NCBI GenBank assembly: GCA_965222375.1
Contig: CBDCTZ010000015.1
Location: 1,376,001-1,440,000 of the forward strand
Source: Polyangiaceae bacterium
GTDB taxonomy: Bacteria; Myxococcota_A; Polyangia; Polyangiales; Polyangiaceae
Direction of reading: 5' to 3'
DNA length: 64,000 nt
Part shown: positions 8,208 to 17,606 of the stretch, piece by piece
Numbering within the stretch: the first letter of the stretch is position 1
Layout of the letters: every line of letters starts with the position of its first letter
Notes under the pieces: model-generated
What the model was told of the DNA's origin: nothing
Seen by the model: only the letters and a program-made list of their open reading frames with translations
Databases searched by the model: none
Program-made: the position numbers and the translations under genes

Positions 8208-9871
8208 GGACCGATGTTTGAGGCGACTTGCATGGGCCTCGCCGTGACGCTCGTCTGTACCTGGCAAGGCGGAGCCGGGCCAGAATCGGTGAAGGCGCCA
8301 ATAGTGGACCATGCGCCGCCGACCGGTTTGAATTGCGCAATGCCGAAGTAGTCCCCCCAATAGCCCCCCGGCCGCGCGCAAGCGAATCCAAGATGCCAGA
8401 GATCGACCTGGGTGAAAGGAATCGGGAGCGCAACGCCACCGGGTGGCAGAACAAAGAAGAAAGGTCGGTGCTGTACTGCCACGTACGCCGTTGACGGATC
8501 TCCAATTCCCGGTCCAGCTGCCAAGTGGGCGAGATGCCAGTCGGCTCCCCCACCCGGAGGCGTTCCCCGGTTTGCGTATGACAGCGAAACCATGAAGTTC
8601 TTATGTTGGCTTGGCGCGATGGGATCCTCGTCTGTGCCTCGGCCGATCAGGGCCGCGCAGCCGGTTCCTTGGTCCCCCCCGAGTTCCACCACGCGCACTT
8701 GGCGAAGACTTGCGGTATTCTCATACTCGTAGGCGAGTCGAATCGCACCCGTCTGGCTGAACTCGGTGAAACCTATGTCGACTGCGTAGCGATAGGCCTG
8801 ACGAATCGGTTGAACCAGGGTAGCGCCACCGATGGTTACGTCCGGGCTGATGCTCTCGTGAATCTCCGATGCGCCCGTGCAGTTCGCGACCATGTCCAGC
8901 CATCCGTTCGCGAAACCGTTGGAATCCCAGGATACAAAGCCCAGTTTGGGACTGGTGGTGCTTGCTCGAAACGTGAATAGCCATGCATCCGTGCCATCAG
9001 TCACGAGTCGTGGCTCATCCTCGAACAGGAAAGCCTTGGGAGCGTCGGCGGTCGGGCACAGCGGGTCGTTGACCGAGTCGCATGTGATCGGGTTTTCCAC
9101 CAGGTTGGACCATTGGGAGCCGGAACGCCAGACGCGTGTAACGCCTTGGAGCCGGTCCAACGTCGCAACGAACACGTGGCCCGCCCCATCCACAACAATG
9201 GCGGTTTTGTCGACATCGCCAGCTACACCAACGCTCACACACGCTGCCTGACCAAACGACACACCGGCATCGCTGGACCGGAAGACGCACACTCCGCTCG
9301 GTTTGGCTTGCGTCGTTGTACTGCCCGCGCCGTAGGCCGCATTCCAGGCGGGGACGCTGATCGCGAGCGTTGCAATGTAGACGTTTGACTTCACCACCGG
9401 GTCTACCGCGATGGTCGGATCACCGAGCAGAGCTGCCCAGCCAGTTGGAGGTGCCAACTTTCCGTGATAGCTCCAGGTTGAACCGGTTGAGGTGGTCGCC
9501 CAACCCACAACGCTCGCACCGATGCGGTACGTGATCGTGCTGTCATTGGAAGCAAATTCCAGGTCCTTCAGTCCGCTGCCAGGCAAGGGCTTCTCGCTGA
9601 AGTCGTTGAAAACTGTGACCACGCTCGGATTACCGTCGGCGCTCGTCGCCGTAACGACCGCCGTTTCGGCACGCTCCGACTTGCCTGCGGGCAGCGTTAC
9701 CTGTGTTGGTACCGGCTGTGGCGGAGTGCAACTACCAACACAGAGGACCGCGCACAAAAGTATTGTCCACCGTTGGTGGGCAAGCGGCGATGGGCTACGC
9801 TGTGTACTTGCTTTCAAGGCGCGACGCAATTGCTGCGCTCGCTGGCGCTGGTGCCCTGGCGTTTCTCGCAT
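8204..9871 (-). CDS. Exported BNR/Asp-box (sialidase-like) beta-propeller lipoprotein
   Basis: Asp-box SSDAGVSF; GDPTIAVD, DVDK and YWGDYFGI motifs; lipobox-like CVGSC; true start uncertain (TTG 9817 possible). Confidence 0.7.
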   Translation of the reverse strand: MRETPGHQRQRAQQLRRALKASTQRSPSPLAHQRWTILLCAVLCVGSCTPPQPVPTQVTLPAGKSERAETAVVTATSADGNPSVVTVFNDFSEKPLPGSGLKDLEFASNDSTITYRIGASVVGWATTSTGSTWSYHGKLAPPTGWAALLGDPTIAVDPVVKSNVYIATLAISVPAWNAAYGAGSTTTQAKPSGVCVFRSSDAGVSFGQAACVSVGVAGDVDKTAIVVDGAGHVFVATLDRLQGVTRVWRSGSQWSNLVENPITCDSVNDPLCPTADAPKAFLFEDEPRLVTDGTDAWLFTFRASTTSPKLGFVSWDSNGFANGWLDMVANCTGASEIHESISPDVTIGGATLVQPIRQAYRYAVDIGFTEFSQTGAIRLAYEYENTASLRQVRVVELGGDQGTGCAALIGRGTDEDPIAPSQHKNFMVSLSYANRGTPPGGGADWHLAHLAAGPGIGDPSTAYVAVQHRPFFFVLPPGGVALPIPFTQVDLWHLGFACARPGGYWGDYFGIAQFKPVGGAWSTIGAFTDSGPAPPCQVQTSVTARPMQVASNIGP

Positions 9872-10395
9872 GGCAGTTTCTCCTCCCCGCCCGACAGGGT
9901 GGCACGCCCGGCTCCACCGCCAGCACTGATTCCGTACGTTCAGCCCCGGTCAGGAAGTCTTCGACGGAGACTCCTCGCTCGGTCCTAGGCGCACGTTCAA
10001 AGCCTGTCCCGCCTCCGATCCGCCGGCCTGGACGCCCGCAAGAAACTAGGCTTCCGTCGGGGCCGTTCCGCATTCACTGCGGCCCAAACACCATGTGCCT
10101 GCGGGAGACCCAGGTTTGCTGCGAGACCCGCGAGGACGGCTTCATCTGTCGCGAGCGGGACGAATCGTGCGGACGCGGGAACATTCGCCACGAGTGCGAT
10201 GAGACACGCGACTGTCTCGCGGATGAAGTGTGTTGCTATGGGCGTCTGGTGGCGCGGTGCGCACGGGAGTGCGTCACCGGCGAAGACAAGCTGTGTTCGG
10301 ATGACTCCGAGTGCGAGAGTGGTGACTGCATCCTGGGAGGCACGTGCCGAGGCACAGCGCCGGACCGCTTCAAGGCACCATCCATCGCGAAGTGA
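9790..10395 (+). CDS. Membrane-anchored Cys-rich protein
   Basis: N-terminal hydrophobic helix, Pro/Arg linker, 16-Cys module with same spacing as 3319..4047. Confidence 0.65.
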   Translation: MGYAVYLLSRRDAIAALAGAGALAFLAWQFLLPARQGGTPGSTASTDSVRSAPVRKSSTETPRSVLGARSKPVPPPIRRPGRPQETRLPSGPFRIHCGPNTMCLRETQVCCETREDGFICRERDESCGRGNIRHECDETRDCLADEVCCYGRLVARCARECVTGEDKLCSDDSECESGDCILGGTCRGTAPDRFKAPSIAK

Positions 10396-10909
10396 CGGCA
10401 GGTGCCATTGACGACCATCCTCTCAGCGCAACCGCTCAGGCCTCCGGTTGAGCGCATGACCGCCGCTCTGGTTCGACCTGACGCACGCCAGCGTTGAACG
10501 TTGAACAGTTGGAACCGCTGCGCGGCCAGCTCTGCCGACGTCAGCGATGGGTGCATACGCTTCCGGGTGGCTGGCCCATTTTCTGTCTTGCTGCGGGCGG
10601 CGCTGACCGCTCGGCCAAGCGGCCATCGCGCGGTAGCGCGAAACTGCGCCGACAACTCTTCTGTCCTACGCAAATGCTCCTGCCCATCCGCGCCGAACGG
10701 TTCGCAGCCCGGTGCGACCATGGGGATGATCCGAAACAGCGTAGCTGGTTGGCAGGGGACCGCAAACGACGTGACGACAATCCAGGCGTCATACTCTAGC
10801 TACGGCAGCTCAGGGAGTTGCGGTATCACGGGTGCCATCACGTGGGCAGCGGCGCAGGGCACAACGTCGACATGTGCATATAAGGTCCCAACTCTCCGGA
10901 CGCGACGGC

Positions 10910-13690
10910 TCAGACCGCGCGGCGCTTCTTGGGCAGGAACTTGCGATCGAAGAGACGAATCCGGCGCACCAGCAAGTCGAGCAAGAACACGATGATGGCG
11001 GCGAAGATGAAGCGACTCCAGAGTTGCTCGTAGTAGATGATCTTCTCGTCGCCGGGGTCGAACACGTCCTTTGGCGCTGGGTCAATCTTGCCCCCGCCGG
11101 CCAACGCCGCGCGCTCCAAGCGCTCAACCTCGGGCTCGAAGCTCGCGTACTCCCGGGGATAAGGGTTGGACACGTGACCGTAGGACACGCCCACGTTCTT
11201 CAAGCTGCCGTTCTTGGCAACCTTGGCGTGGTCAGCGCGCAGCAGGAACGAGCCATAAGAGTCCAGTTCGAAGTTCGCCTCGTAGCGCCCGGGTGCCGTC
11301 TGACGCATGGGCACCTCGCGGCGTTTGCCGCCGGGCTCGGGACCGTTCACGTAGAGGGTCGACTTGATGTCATTGTCGAAACGTTCATCCAAAGTGAACG
11401 CGTCCACAACCGCCCGCACTTTGCCGCCGACGACTTCGGTCTTCATGTCGAGCTCACGGCGGTGCTTGGTGCGCATGTGCTCGCGCACCAGCTGGCCCCA
11501 AAACTTCGAGTAACCGCTCCAGCGCAGCCAATCCACCGCCCAAAGGTTCTTGACGTCGCTGGTCCAGGCGATGCTGTGACCCAAACCTACGCGCCAACGG
11601 GCCAGGATCGGCTCGCCGCGGTCGCTAGCCAAGATGAGCTGAGCGGGCGGCGACTTCATTTGGGTCGCCACATAGCCGTGCAGCAGCGGCGAACTCTGGA
11701 TCGCGATGCCCTTGAGGAAGTCGGCGCGCCCGACGACCTGCACCGGAAACCACTCTTCGACCGCCGCTTGGCGAGCGATCAGCTCGGTCTCACGAGTGAA
11801 GATCTTCGGCAAACTGTTGGGATCCGGAACCGCGTGATAGCGCCCGCCCCCCGTATCCGCGATCATGCGCAGCAGCTCGTGGTCCGCGCCTTCGCCCAAG
11901 CCGACGGACGTGACTGTCACGCTCTCCGCGATCATGGCCTGAATCAGGTCCTTGATTCCCTGAGTCGGAGCACGACCATCCGTCAGCAAGATGACGTGCT
12001 TCTTGCGCGCCTGGACGACGGAGATGTCCTGGTAGGCCATATCCAGGGCAGGAAAGATCTCCGTGCCGCCCCCGGGCTGGATACGAGCAATCTCGTTCTG
12101 GATCCGCGAGCGGTAGCGCGCGGGTTGCATCTTCACGTAGCGCACCGGGGTCGAGTCGAAGGCAATCACTTCGATTAGGTCGTCCCCCTGTAGCGTGGAC
12201 ACCGTCGCCTTGCAGGCCGCCTTGGCCATCTCGATGGGCAGTCCGGTCATGGATCCAGAGCGATCGATCACCAGGGTCATCGCGACACTGGGCTGGTCTT
12301 TGCGACGCTCGGCGTCCATGCGCACTGGCAAGATGCGCTCGATGGTGGTGTGAGCCCAGCCTCCCAAGCCGAAGCCCGATTCGCCACCCGCAAACAGGAA
12401 GCCGCCACCCAAATCTCGAACATACTTTTCGATCAGGTCTTGGGCAGACAGGCTCAGGCGCTCCTTGGGAACGTCAGAGACGATCACGAAGTCGAAGCGC
12501 TCCAGCTCCTTCACGGACCCCGGAAAGGCCGTCGGCGCTCGCACATCCACGTCGAACTGCTGCGCGGACAGAGCACTGGTCAGATAGCTGGCGCGGTGGG
12601 GCTGGCCCTCTACATACAACACCGTGGGACGACCGGGCACGTCCACGGTCACCGAGTAGGCGTTGTTCTCGCCGAACTTGTCGTGGGCAATTTCGTCGAG
12701 CTTGAGGCTGTAGGTCACCTCACCACCCACGCGAACGACGCTCTTGAAGGTGATCTCGTTGTTGCCGGGCGTCAGCTCGAGCTCTCGCACGCCATCCATG
12801 CCGTTCAGCGTCTCGCCTTGATACAAGCGCGCTCGGGCCTTGGTCTTTCGACTCGAGTATACGTCCGCGGTCACGTCGAAGGACTGACCGATGTCCACCT
12901 TCTGCGGAACGCGAAGCCCCTTGAGCGCCACTTCACCCGGCGCGGGCCGGCGATAAGGCACCGCAAAGACTTTGACGCCAAAACCGCGTGCCCGGTTGGC
13001 CTCGGCCAAGATGTCACCGGAAGTCTCCACGCCATCCGTGATCAACACGGCGCGCTTCAGATATCCCGGCGGGAACACGCCGTAGGCGAGGGACAGCGCC
13101 GCCTGCAAGTCGCTGCCTGCACCGGGCTTGTCGACTCCGAGCTCCTTCTCGGCGCCTTGATGCCGCAGGTCTTTCACGGCGGGCACCTTGGGCTTCTTGG
13201 CGTCTTCCCCCAGGTCCACCAGGCGCGGGCGCTTGGCGAAGGTGACCATCCGGATCACGTCCTCCTTGCCCATGCCCTGTGAGGCCTTTTCAACGACGGC
13301 GCGCGCTTCCTCGATGGATGCATCTTCCACGGAGTCGCTCACGTCCACGACGTAGACGGTTGCGACCTTCTTCGTTTCTGCCGTGGTTGCCAGCCGCGCC
13401 AAGGAAAGCCCCAGCAGCGCAATGAAGGTCACCCGCAATAGCAGTGCGAGAATGCGCTGCTGCCACGGCAAGTCCGCCAAGGACTTGTAGATCATCCACA
13501 GCAGCAAAGGCGTGACCAGGACGACGCCGATGGTGCGGGGCTCCAGCAGCTCGTAGGTCTTGCCGGCTCGCTCCCACTTGAAGGCCTCAGCGGGCGCCTC
13601 CACGACGAAACGCACGTACGCCCAAGTCAGAGCCGCTCCCACGGCGAGGGTGAGCAGCACCCAGAGGACCTTCTTTGCGCGCTCGCTCAT
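10910..13690 (-). CDS. Large membrane protein with two vWA domains and a GATase1-like (DUF1355-like) domain
   Basis: DVSDS and DRSGS MIDAS motifs; [14 protein letters not shown] segment; TM helices at both ends. Confidence 0.85.
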   Translation of the reverse strand: MSERAKKVLWVLLTLAVGAALTWAYVRFVVEAPAEAFKWERAGKTYELLEPRTIGVVLVTPLLLWMIYKSLADLPWQQRILALLLRVTFIALLGLSLARLATTAETKKVATVYVVDVSDSVEDASIEEARAVVEKASQGMGKEDVIRMVTFAKRPRLVDLGEDAKKPKVPAVKDLRHQGAEKELGVDKPGAGSDLQAALSLAYGVFPPGYLKRAVLITDGVETSGDILAEANRARGFGVKVFAVPYRRPAPGEVALKGLRVPQKVDIGQSFDVTADVYSSRKTKARARLYQGETLNGMDGVRELELTPGNNEITFKSVVRVGGEVTYSLKLDEIAHDKFGENNAYSVTVDVPGRPTVLYVEGQPHRASYLTSALSAQQFDVDVRAPTAFPGSVKELERFDFVIVSDVPKERLSLSAQDLIEKYVRDLGGGFLFAGGESGFGLGGWAHTTIERILPVRMDAERRKDQPSVAMTLVIDRSGSMTGLPIEMAKAACKATVSTLQGDDLIEVIAFDSTPVRYVKMQPARYRSRIQNEIARIQPGGGTEIFPALDMAYQDISVVQARKKHVILLTDGRAPTQGIKDLIQAMIAESVTVTSVGLGEGADHELLRMIADTGGGRYHAVPDPNSLPKIFTRETELIARQAAVEEWFPVQVVGRADFLKGIAIQSSPLLHGYVATQMKSPPAQLILASDRGEPILARWRVGLGHSIAWTSDVKNLWAVDWLRWSGYSKFWGQLVREHMRTKHRRELDMKTEVVGGKVRAVVDAFTLDERFDNDIKSTLYVNGPEPGGKRREVPMRQTAPGRYEANFELDSYGSFLLRADHAKVAKNGSLKNVGVSYGHVSNPYPREYASFEPEVERLERAALAGGGKIDPAPKDVFDPGDEKIIYYEQLWSRFIFAAIIVFLLDLLVRRIRLFDRKFLPKKRRAV

Positions 13691-15573
13691 ACGGTGACCC
13701 TCCTATGATAGGTGAGCCACTCGATAACGCTAACGATCAGCGCGGCCAGAAGCAGGTACAGCCACAGCTCCCGCCGCACGCCGGGCTTGAAACCTTCTGG
13801 GCGAGCCAGAGCCTCGCCCTTCAGGGCCAGCTTCTTCACCGGTTCAATCTGGCTCTCTTCGGGGCTGACCAAGTTCGCGGCAAACATGGTCGTCACGGGC
13901 TCGGGCTCCATCTTCGCCGTCAGCTCGTAGAAGCCCGCTCGGTCCCCCAGGTACACCGCACGGCCTTCCTTGACTGGCACCGTCAAGGTCTTGCCATCCG
14001 GGCGCTTGAGCTCCGCCGACTTCGCACCACTCGGCGCCGGGATGTGCCAAACGTTGCCGGTCATGAAGCTGGAGACGTAGCCCGTGTCTTCTTCGATGAA
14101 GTCGTTGATCACGTTCAGCACGAACAGTGGCCAGGCAACTCTCAACACGAGATCACTATTGCGTGGGTCGAACCCCAAAGCCACGAAGCGCCGGCCCGAG
14201 CGCCGGCCAGCCACCAAGATGGGACCTTTCTCGCTGGCGCCGACCACGCGGTCCTGCTTCTTCGGATCGAGTGAGTTGCCGAATAGAACCTGGATGTCCC
14301 CCATGCTCATCCAGCGCAGGATGGGGCTCTTCTTTTTCCAGGTATCGAAGCCGAACATCTCGATCTTTTTCTTGTGCTCGACGGGCCCACCCTTTTCGGG
14401 AACGTCGAGATAGAGCAAGCCGCCACTACCCCGGGCCACCTTGGGAGCCACGGCATCGAAGATCGTCACATCGAAGGTCCCTCGGGGTGGGTATTGGCTC
14501 GGAGCCACCGTCGTGACGTCCAGGTACTCGTCGAGCAATAGCGCGGCCTCGAGGTAGTTGTTGCCCGGCGAAACCACCAGCACCCGCGCGCGCCGACGTT
14601 CAGGCATCAGGGCGAAGGCGTGGTCATCCGCGGGCATGTCGTCGCGCTTTCCGTCGCCCAAGCTCAGCTTGGCCTCCAGGGTGCGGCTGGCGCCAGCTAG
14701 GTCCTTGTAAAACCGCGCAAGGCGCTCTTTCTTGCCGAGGGCCAGGCGGGTCACGTCGACGGTCTGACCGTCGCCGAGCAAGCGGAGCTCCACGTTGGTG
14801 GGCTCGTCGTTCATGTTCTGGATCTCGATCATCACCTCGTAGCGAGACTTGTCGAGGGGATAGCGCCGCACGGAAAAGGCGGTGATGGCAACGTTCTTCT
14901 TGCCGCTACCGATCGGAATGAAGCGGACCTTCACGTTTTCGAGAGACAGACCCCGAGTCGCTTCCTTGAGATCACCCAGAGCGCCATCGCTGATCACGAC
15001 GACCTCGGCCTTGGGCAGTCCGGTCAGACTATCCAGAGCGAAGGAAAGAGCGCGTCGCGCGTCCGCGCGAGTATCCGTGGCTTCGATCAGATCGAGAGCG
15101 GGCTTCAGCTCGCTCGTCTCGCCGCTCATGGTGGAAAGCGGGGTAATGGCGGCGTCCATCTGGGCAATGAGCATGCGATCCGAGCCCGAGAGCCCCTCGA
15201 TCAGCTTCTTCACCTCTTGCTTGGCCTCGTGCATGCGCGTCGGCTTCACGTCCGTGGCCTTCATGGAGGCACTTCCGTCGACGATCACGACCACGTTGCG
15301 ACCTTCGATTAGGCCCCCGGAAATCCGCGGATCCCCAAGGGCGGAAACCAACAGGGTCAGCAGCGCGAGCTGCACCAGCAGGGAGAGCAATCGCTTGAGG
15401 CGCGACCACCAAGTCGTTGCTTCCTTGTCACGAAGGATGCGCTCCCAGATCCGCGAAAAAGGCACGGGCACGGGCCGCCGCCGCAGCTTGAGGACGTAGA
15501 ACAGCACGGTCAGGCCGCCGGCAGCTCCAAGCACCGTCAAAAGCGTGGACAGGGGTAGGCCCGCGAAGATCAT
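13687..15573 (-). CDS. BatA N-terminal + vWA domain membrane protein
   Basis: LFYVLKLRRRPVPVPFSRIW BatA-like start; DGSASM MIDAS; C-terminal TM ending IEW. Confidence 0.85.
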   Translation of the reverse strand: MIFAGLPLSTLLTVLGAAGGLTVLFYVLKLRRRPVPVPFSRIWERILRDKEATTWWSRLKRLLSLLVQLALLTLLVSALGDPRISGGLIEGRNVVVIVDGSASMKATDVKPTRMHEAKQEVKKLIEGLSGSDRMLIAQMDAAITPLSTMSGETSELKPALDLIEATDTRADARRALSFALDSLTGLPKAEVVVISDGALGDLKEATRGLSLENVKVRFIPIGSGKKNVAITAFSVRRYPLDKSRYEVMIEIQNMNDEPTNVELRLLGDGQTVDVTRLALGKKERLARFYKDLAGASRTLEAKLSLGDGKRDDMPADDHAFALMPERRRARVLVVSPGNNYLEAALLLDEYLDVTTVAPSQYPPRGTFDVTIFDAVAPKVARGSGGLLYLDVPEKGGPVEHKKKIEMFGFDTWKKKSPILRWMSMGDIQVLFGNSLDPKKQDRVVGASEKGPILVAGRRSGRRFVALGFDPRNSDLVLRVAWPLFVLNVINDFIEEDTGYVSSFMTGNVWHIPAPSGAKSAELKRPDGKTLTVPVKEGRAVYLGDRAGFYELTAKMEPEPVTTMFAANLVSPEESQIEPVKKLALKGEALARPEGFKPGVRRELWLYLLLAALIVSVIEWLTYHRRVTV

Positions 15574-16523
15574 CAGCGAAGGAACCCTCCACGCCGGAAC
15601 ACGCTGAGCACTAATTCGTCAAAGGGTGTCTTCACGTCCGCGACGAAGTAGGGCACTTGACGGCTGGTGCAGAACCGCTCCACCTCGACGAGGTAGTCAT
15701 TCCAGGCGCGTTCCATGCGCTCCAGCAGCTTCGCGGTGACCGTCACTTCCCGCTCGTCACCCGTCTCGCAGTCGTAGATCCGCACGTCGCCCTGCAGCTT
15801 CGGCTTGGCCTCCTCAGGGTCGACCAGGTGCAGCACGTAGGGTTCGAACTTGTTGTAGCGCAGCACATTGATGCCGTGCTCGAAGCCAGCGGGGTCGTAC
15901 AGATCGCTGATCAGAACCGCCAGCCCCCGCCGCTTGTGCTGGGCCACGAAGGTCTTCAAGCTGTCGGACAGGTCCGTGACCCCATCGGGCTCGATCCGCC
16001 GAAGGAACTCGAAGACCTTGAAGATGCGCCCCTTGCCCCGGGTCGTTGGCATCCGGGCCACGATGGAGTCGTTCGCACTGACGATGGTCACGCGATCCAA
16101 GTTTGCCAGGGCCACATAGGCCAGAGCTGCGCAGAGCCGACGCGCCTGATCGAACTTCTTGCCTTCGCCGAAGCCCATGGACGTGGAGCAATCCACGATG
16201 AAGTAGACGCTCAGGTCCTCTTCTTCCTCGTAGAGACGCACCAGCAGCCGGCCAAAGCGCTGGTAGACGTTCCAATCCACATAGCGGAAGTCGTCTCCGG
16301 GCACGTAGTCGCGATGGTCCGCGAACTCGATGCCACTGCCCTTCTTCTTGGTACGCCGTTCAGCGCGCTGCCGACCCGCAAACACTCGGCGCGAAACGAT
16401 GGCCAAGCTCTCTAGCTTCTTCTGGAACTCGTCGTCGAAAAGATCCGCCTTTTCGACGCGTGTGCGCGCGAAACGCCGGGAGACCGGCGCCGCGGCGCGC
16501 TTGAATACGTCCAGAACACCCAT
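15573..16523 (-). CDS. DUF58 domain protein
   Basis: GIEFADHRDYVPGDDFRYVDWNVY signature; DCSTSM; ISDL. Confidence 0.92.
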   Translation of the reverse strand: MGVLDVFKRAAAPVSRRFARTRVEKADLFDDEFQKKLESLAIVSRRVFAGRQRAERRTKKKGSGIEFADHRDYVPGDDFRYVDWNVYQRFGRLLVRLYEEEEDLSVYFIVDCSTSMGFGEGKKFDQARRLCAALAYVALANLDRVTIVSANDSIVARMPTTRGKGRIFKVFEFLRRIEPDGVTDLSDSLKTFVAQHKRRGLAVLISDLYDPAGFEHGINVLRYNKFEPYVLHLVDPEEAKPKLQGDVRIYDCETGDEREVTVTAKLLERMERAWNDYLVEVERFCTSRQVPYFVADVKTPFDELVLSVFRRGGFLR

Positions 16524-16569
16524 GGGCTTCAGGAACTCGAGGGCAACACGAGAGCGGACGCCGGACTCT

Positions 16570-17568
16570 TCACGGCTTCGCCTCCGCAAGCTCGCCCAGG
16601 ATCTGCTCGATCACGTGATCCGTACGCACGCCTTCGGCCTCGCCCTCGAAGTTCAAGAGAATGCGATGCCGCAGCGCGGGATAAGCGGAGGCCTTGACGT
16701 CGTCGGTGCTGGCAGCGTAGCGCCCTTCGATCAGAGCTCGGATCTTGGATGCCAACAGGATCGCTTGAACGCCACGAGGCGAAGCCCCGGTGTTGACGTA
16801 GCGCCGTACCTTTTCCGGCGCACCCTCGCCATCGGGATGGGTCGCCGTGAGTAGACGCACGGCGTAGTCCTGAACGTGGCGTGCCACCGGCACGGTGCGA
16901 ACCAGATGCTGCATCTCCAAGATCTCGTCCTTGGAGACAACCGGCGACACCTCCGCGTGGTGCTCGGTGGTGGTGCGATCGATGATCTCGTGCAGTTCGT
17001 CCCGCCCCGGGAACGGAACGTGTAGCTTGAAGAAGAAGCGGTCCAGCTGGGCTTCTGGCAACGGATAGGTGCCTTCCATTTCGAGCGGGTTCTGCGTAGC
17101 GAGCACGAAGTAGGGCTCGTCGATGGTGTGCGTGGTTCGACCCACGGTCACACGGTGCTCCTGCATGGCCTCGAGCAGCGCGCTTTGAGTCTTCGGCGTC
17201 GCGCGGTTCACCTCGTCCGCCAGGACCACGTTGGCGAAGATGGGCCCCTTGCGAAACACGAACACGTGCTCGCCGCCCCCTTCGCCCTCTTCGATCACCG
17301 TCGTGCCGATGATGTCCGCCGGCATCAGGTCCGGCGTGAATTGGATTCGGGAGAAATCCAAGCCGACGGTTTCCGCCAAGGTGCGGACCAGCATCGTCTT
17401 GCCGAGCCCGGGCACACCTTCCAGCAAGGCATGGGAGCCCGCCAGCATGCAGGTCAGCACGCCGTCAATCACGTCCCGGTTGCCAACGATGATGCGGCCG
17501 ATCTCTTCGCGCAGCGCGCCGATCTTCTTCTGGAACTTTTCTACATCTTCTCGCGCGTCGTCGCTCAT
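16570..17568 (-). CDS. moxR: MoxR family AAA+ ATPase
   Basis: GVPGLGKT; RIQFTPDLMPAD; LADEVNRATPKTQSALLEAM; TQNPLEMEGTYPLPEAQLDRF. Confidence 0.95.
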   Translation of the reverse strand: MSDDAREDVEKFQKKIGALREEIGRIIVGNRDVIDGVLTCMLAGSHALLEGVPGLGKTMLVRTLAETVGLDFSRIQFTPDLMPADIIGTTVIEEGEGGGEHVFVFRKGPIFANVVLADEVNRATPKTQSALLEAMQEHRVTVGRTTHTIDEPYFVLATQNPLEMEGTYPLPEAQLDRFFFKLHVPFPGRDELHEIIDRTTTEHHAEVSPVVSKDEILEMQHLVRTVPVARHVQDYAVRLLTATHPDGEGAPEKVRRYVNTGASPRGVQAILLASKIRALIEGRYAASTDDVKASAYPALRHRILLNFEGEAEGVRTDHVIEQILGELAEAKP

Positions 17569-17606
17569 TCGTCAGTTCGCTTTCGTTGGCCAGCGCGCGA
17601 GGCGAT

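Noticed and set aside
10501..10995. 164-aa plus-strand ORF with a Ser/Thr/Gly-rich, protein-like middle
   Set aside because: No SD or recognisable motif and it overlaps the convergent vWA gene; at most a remnant
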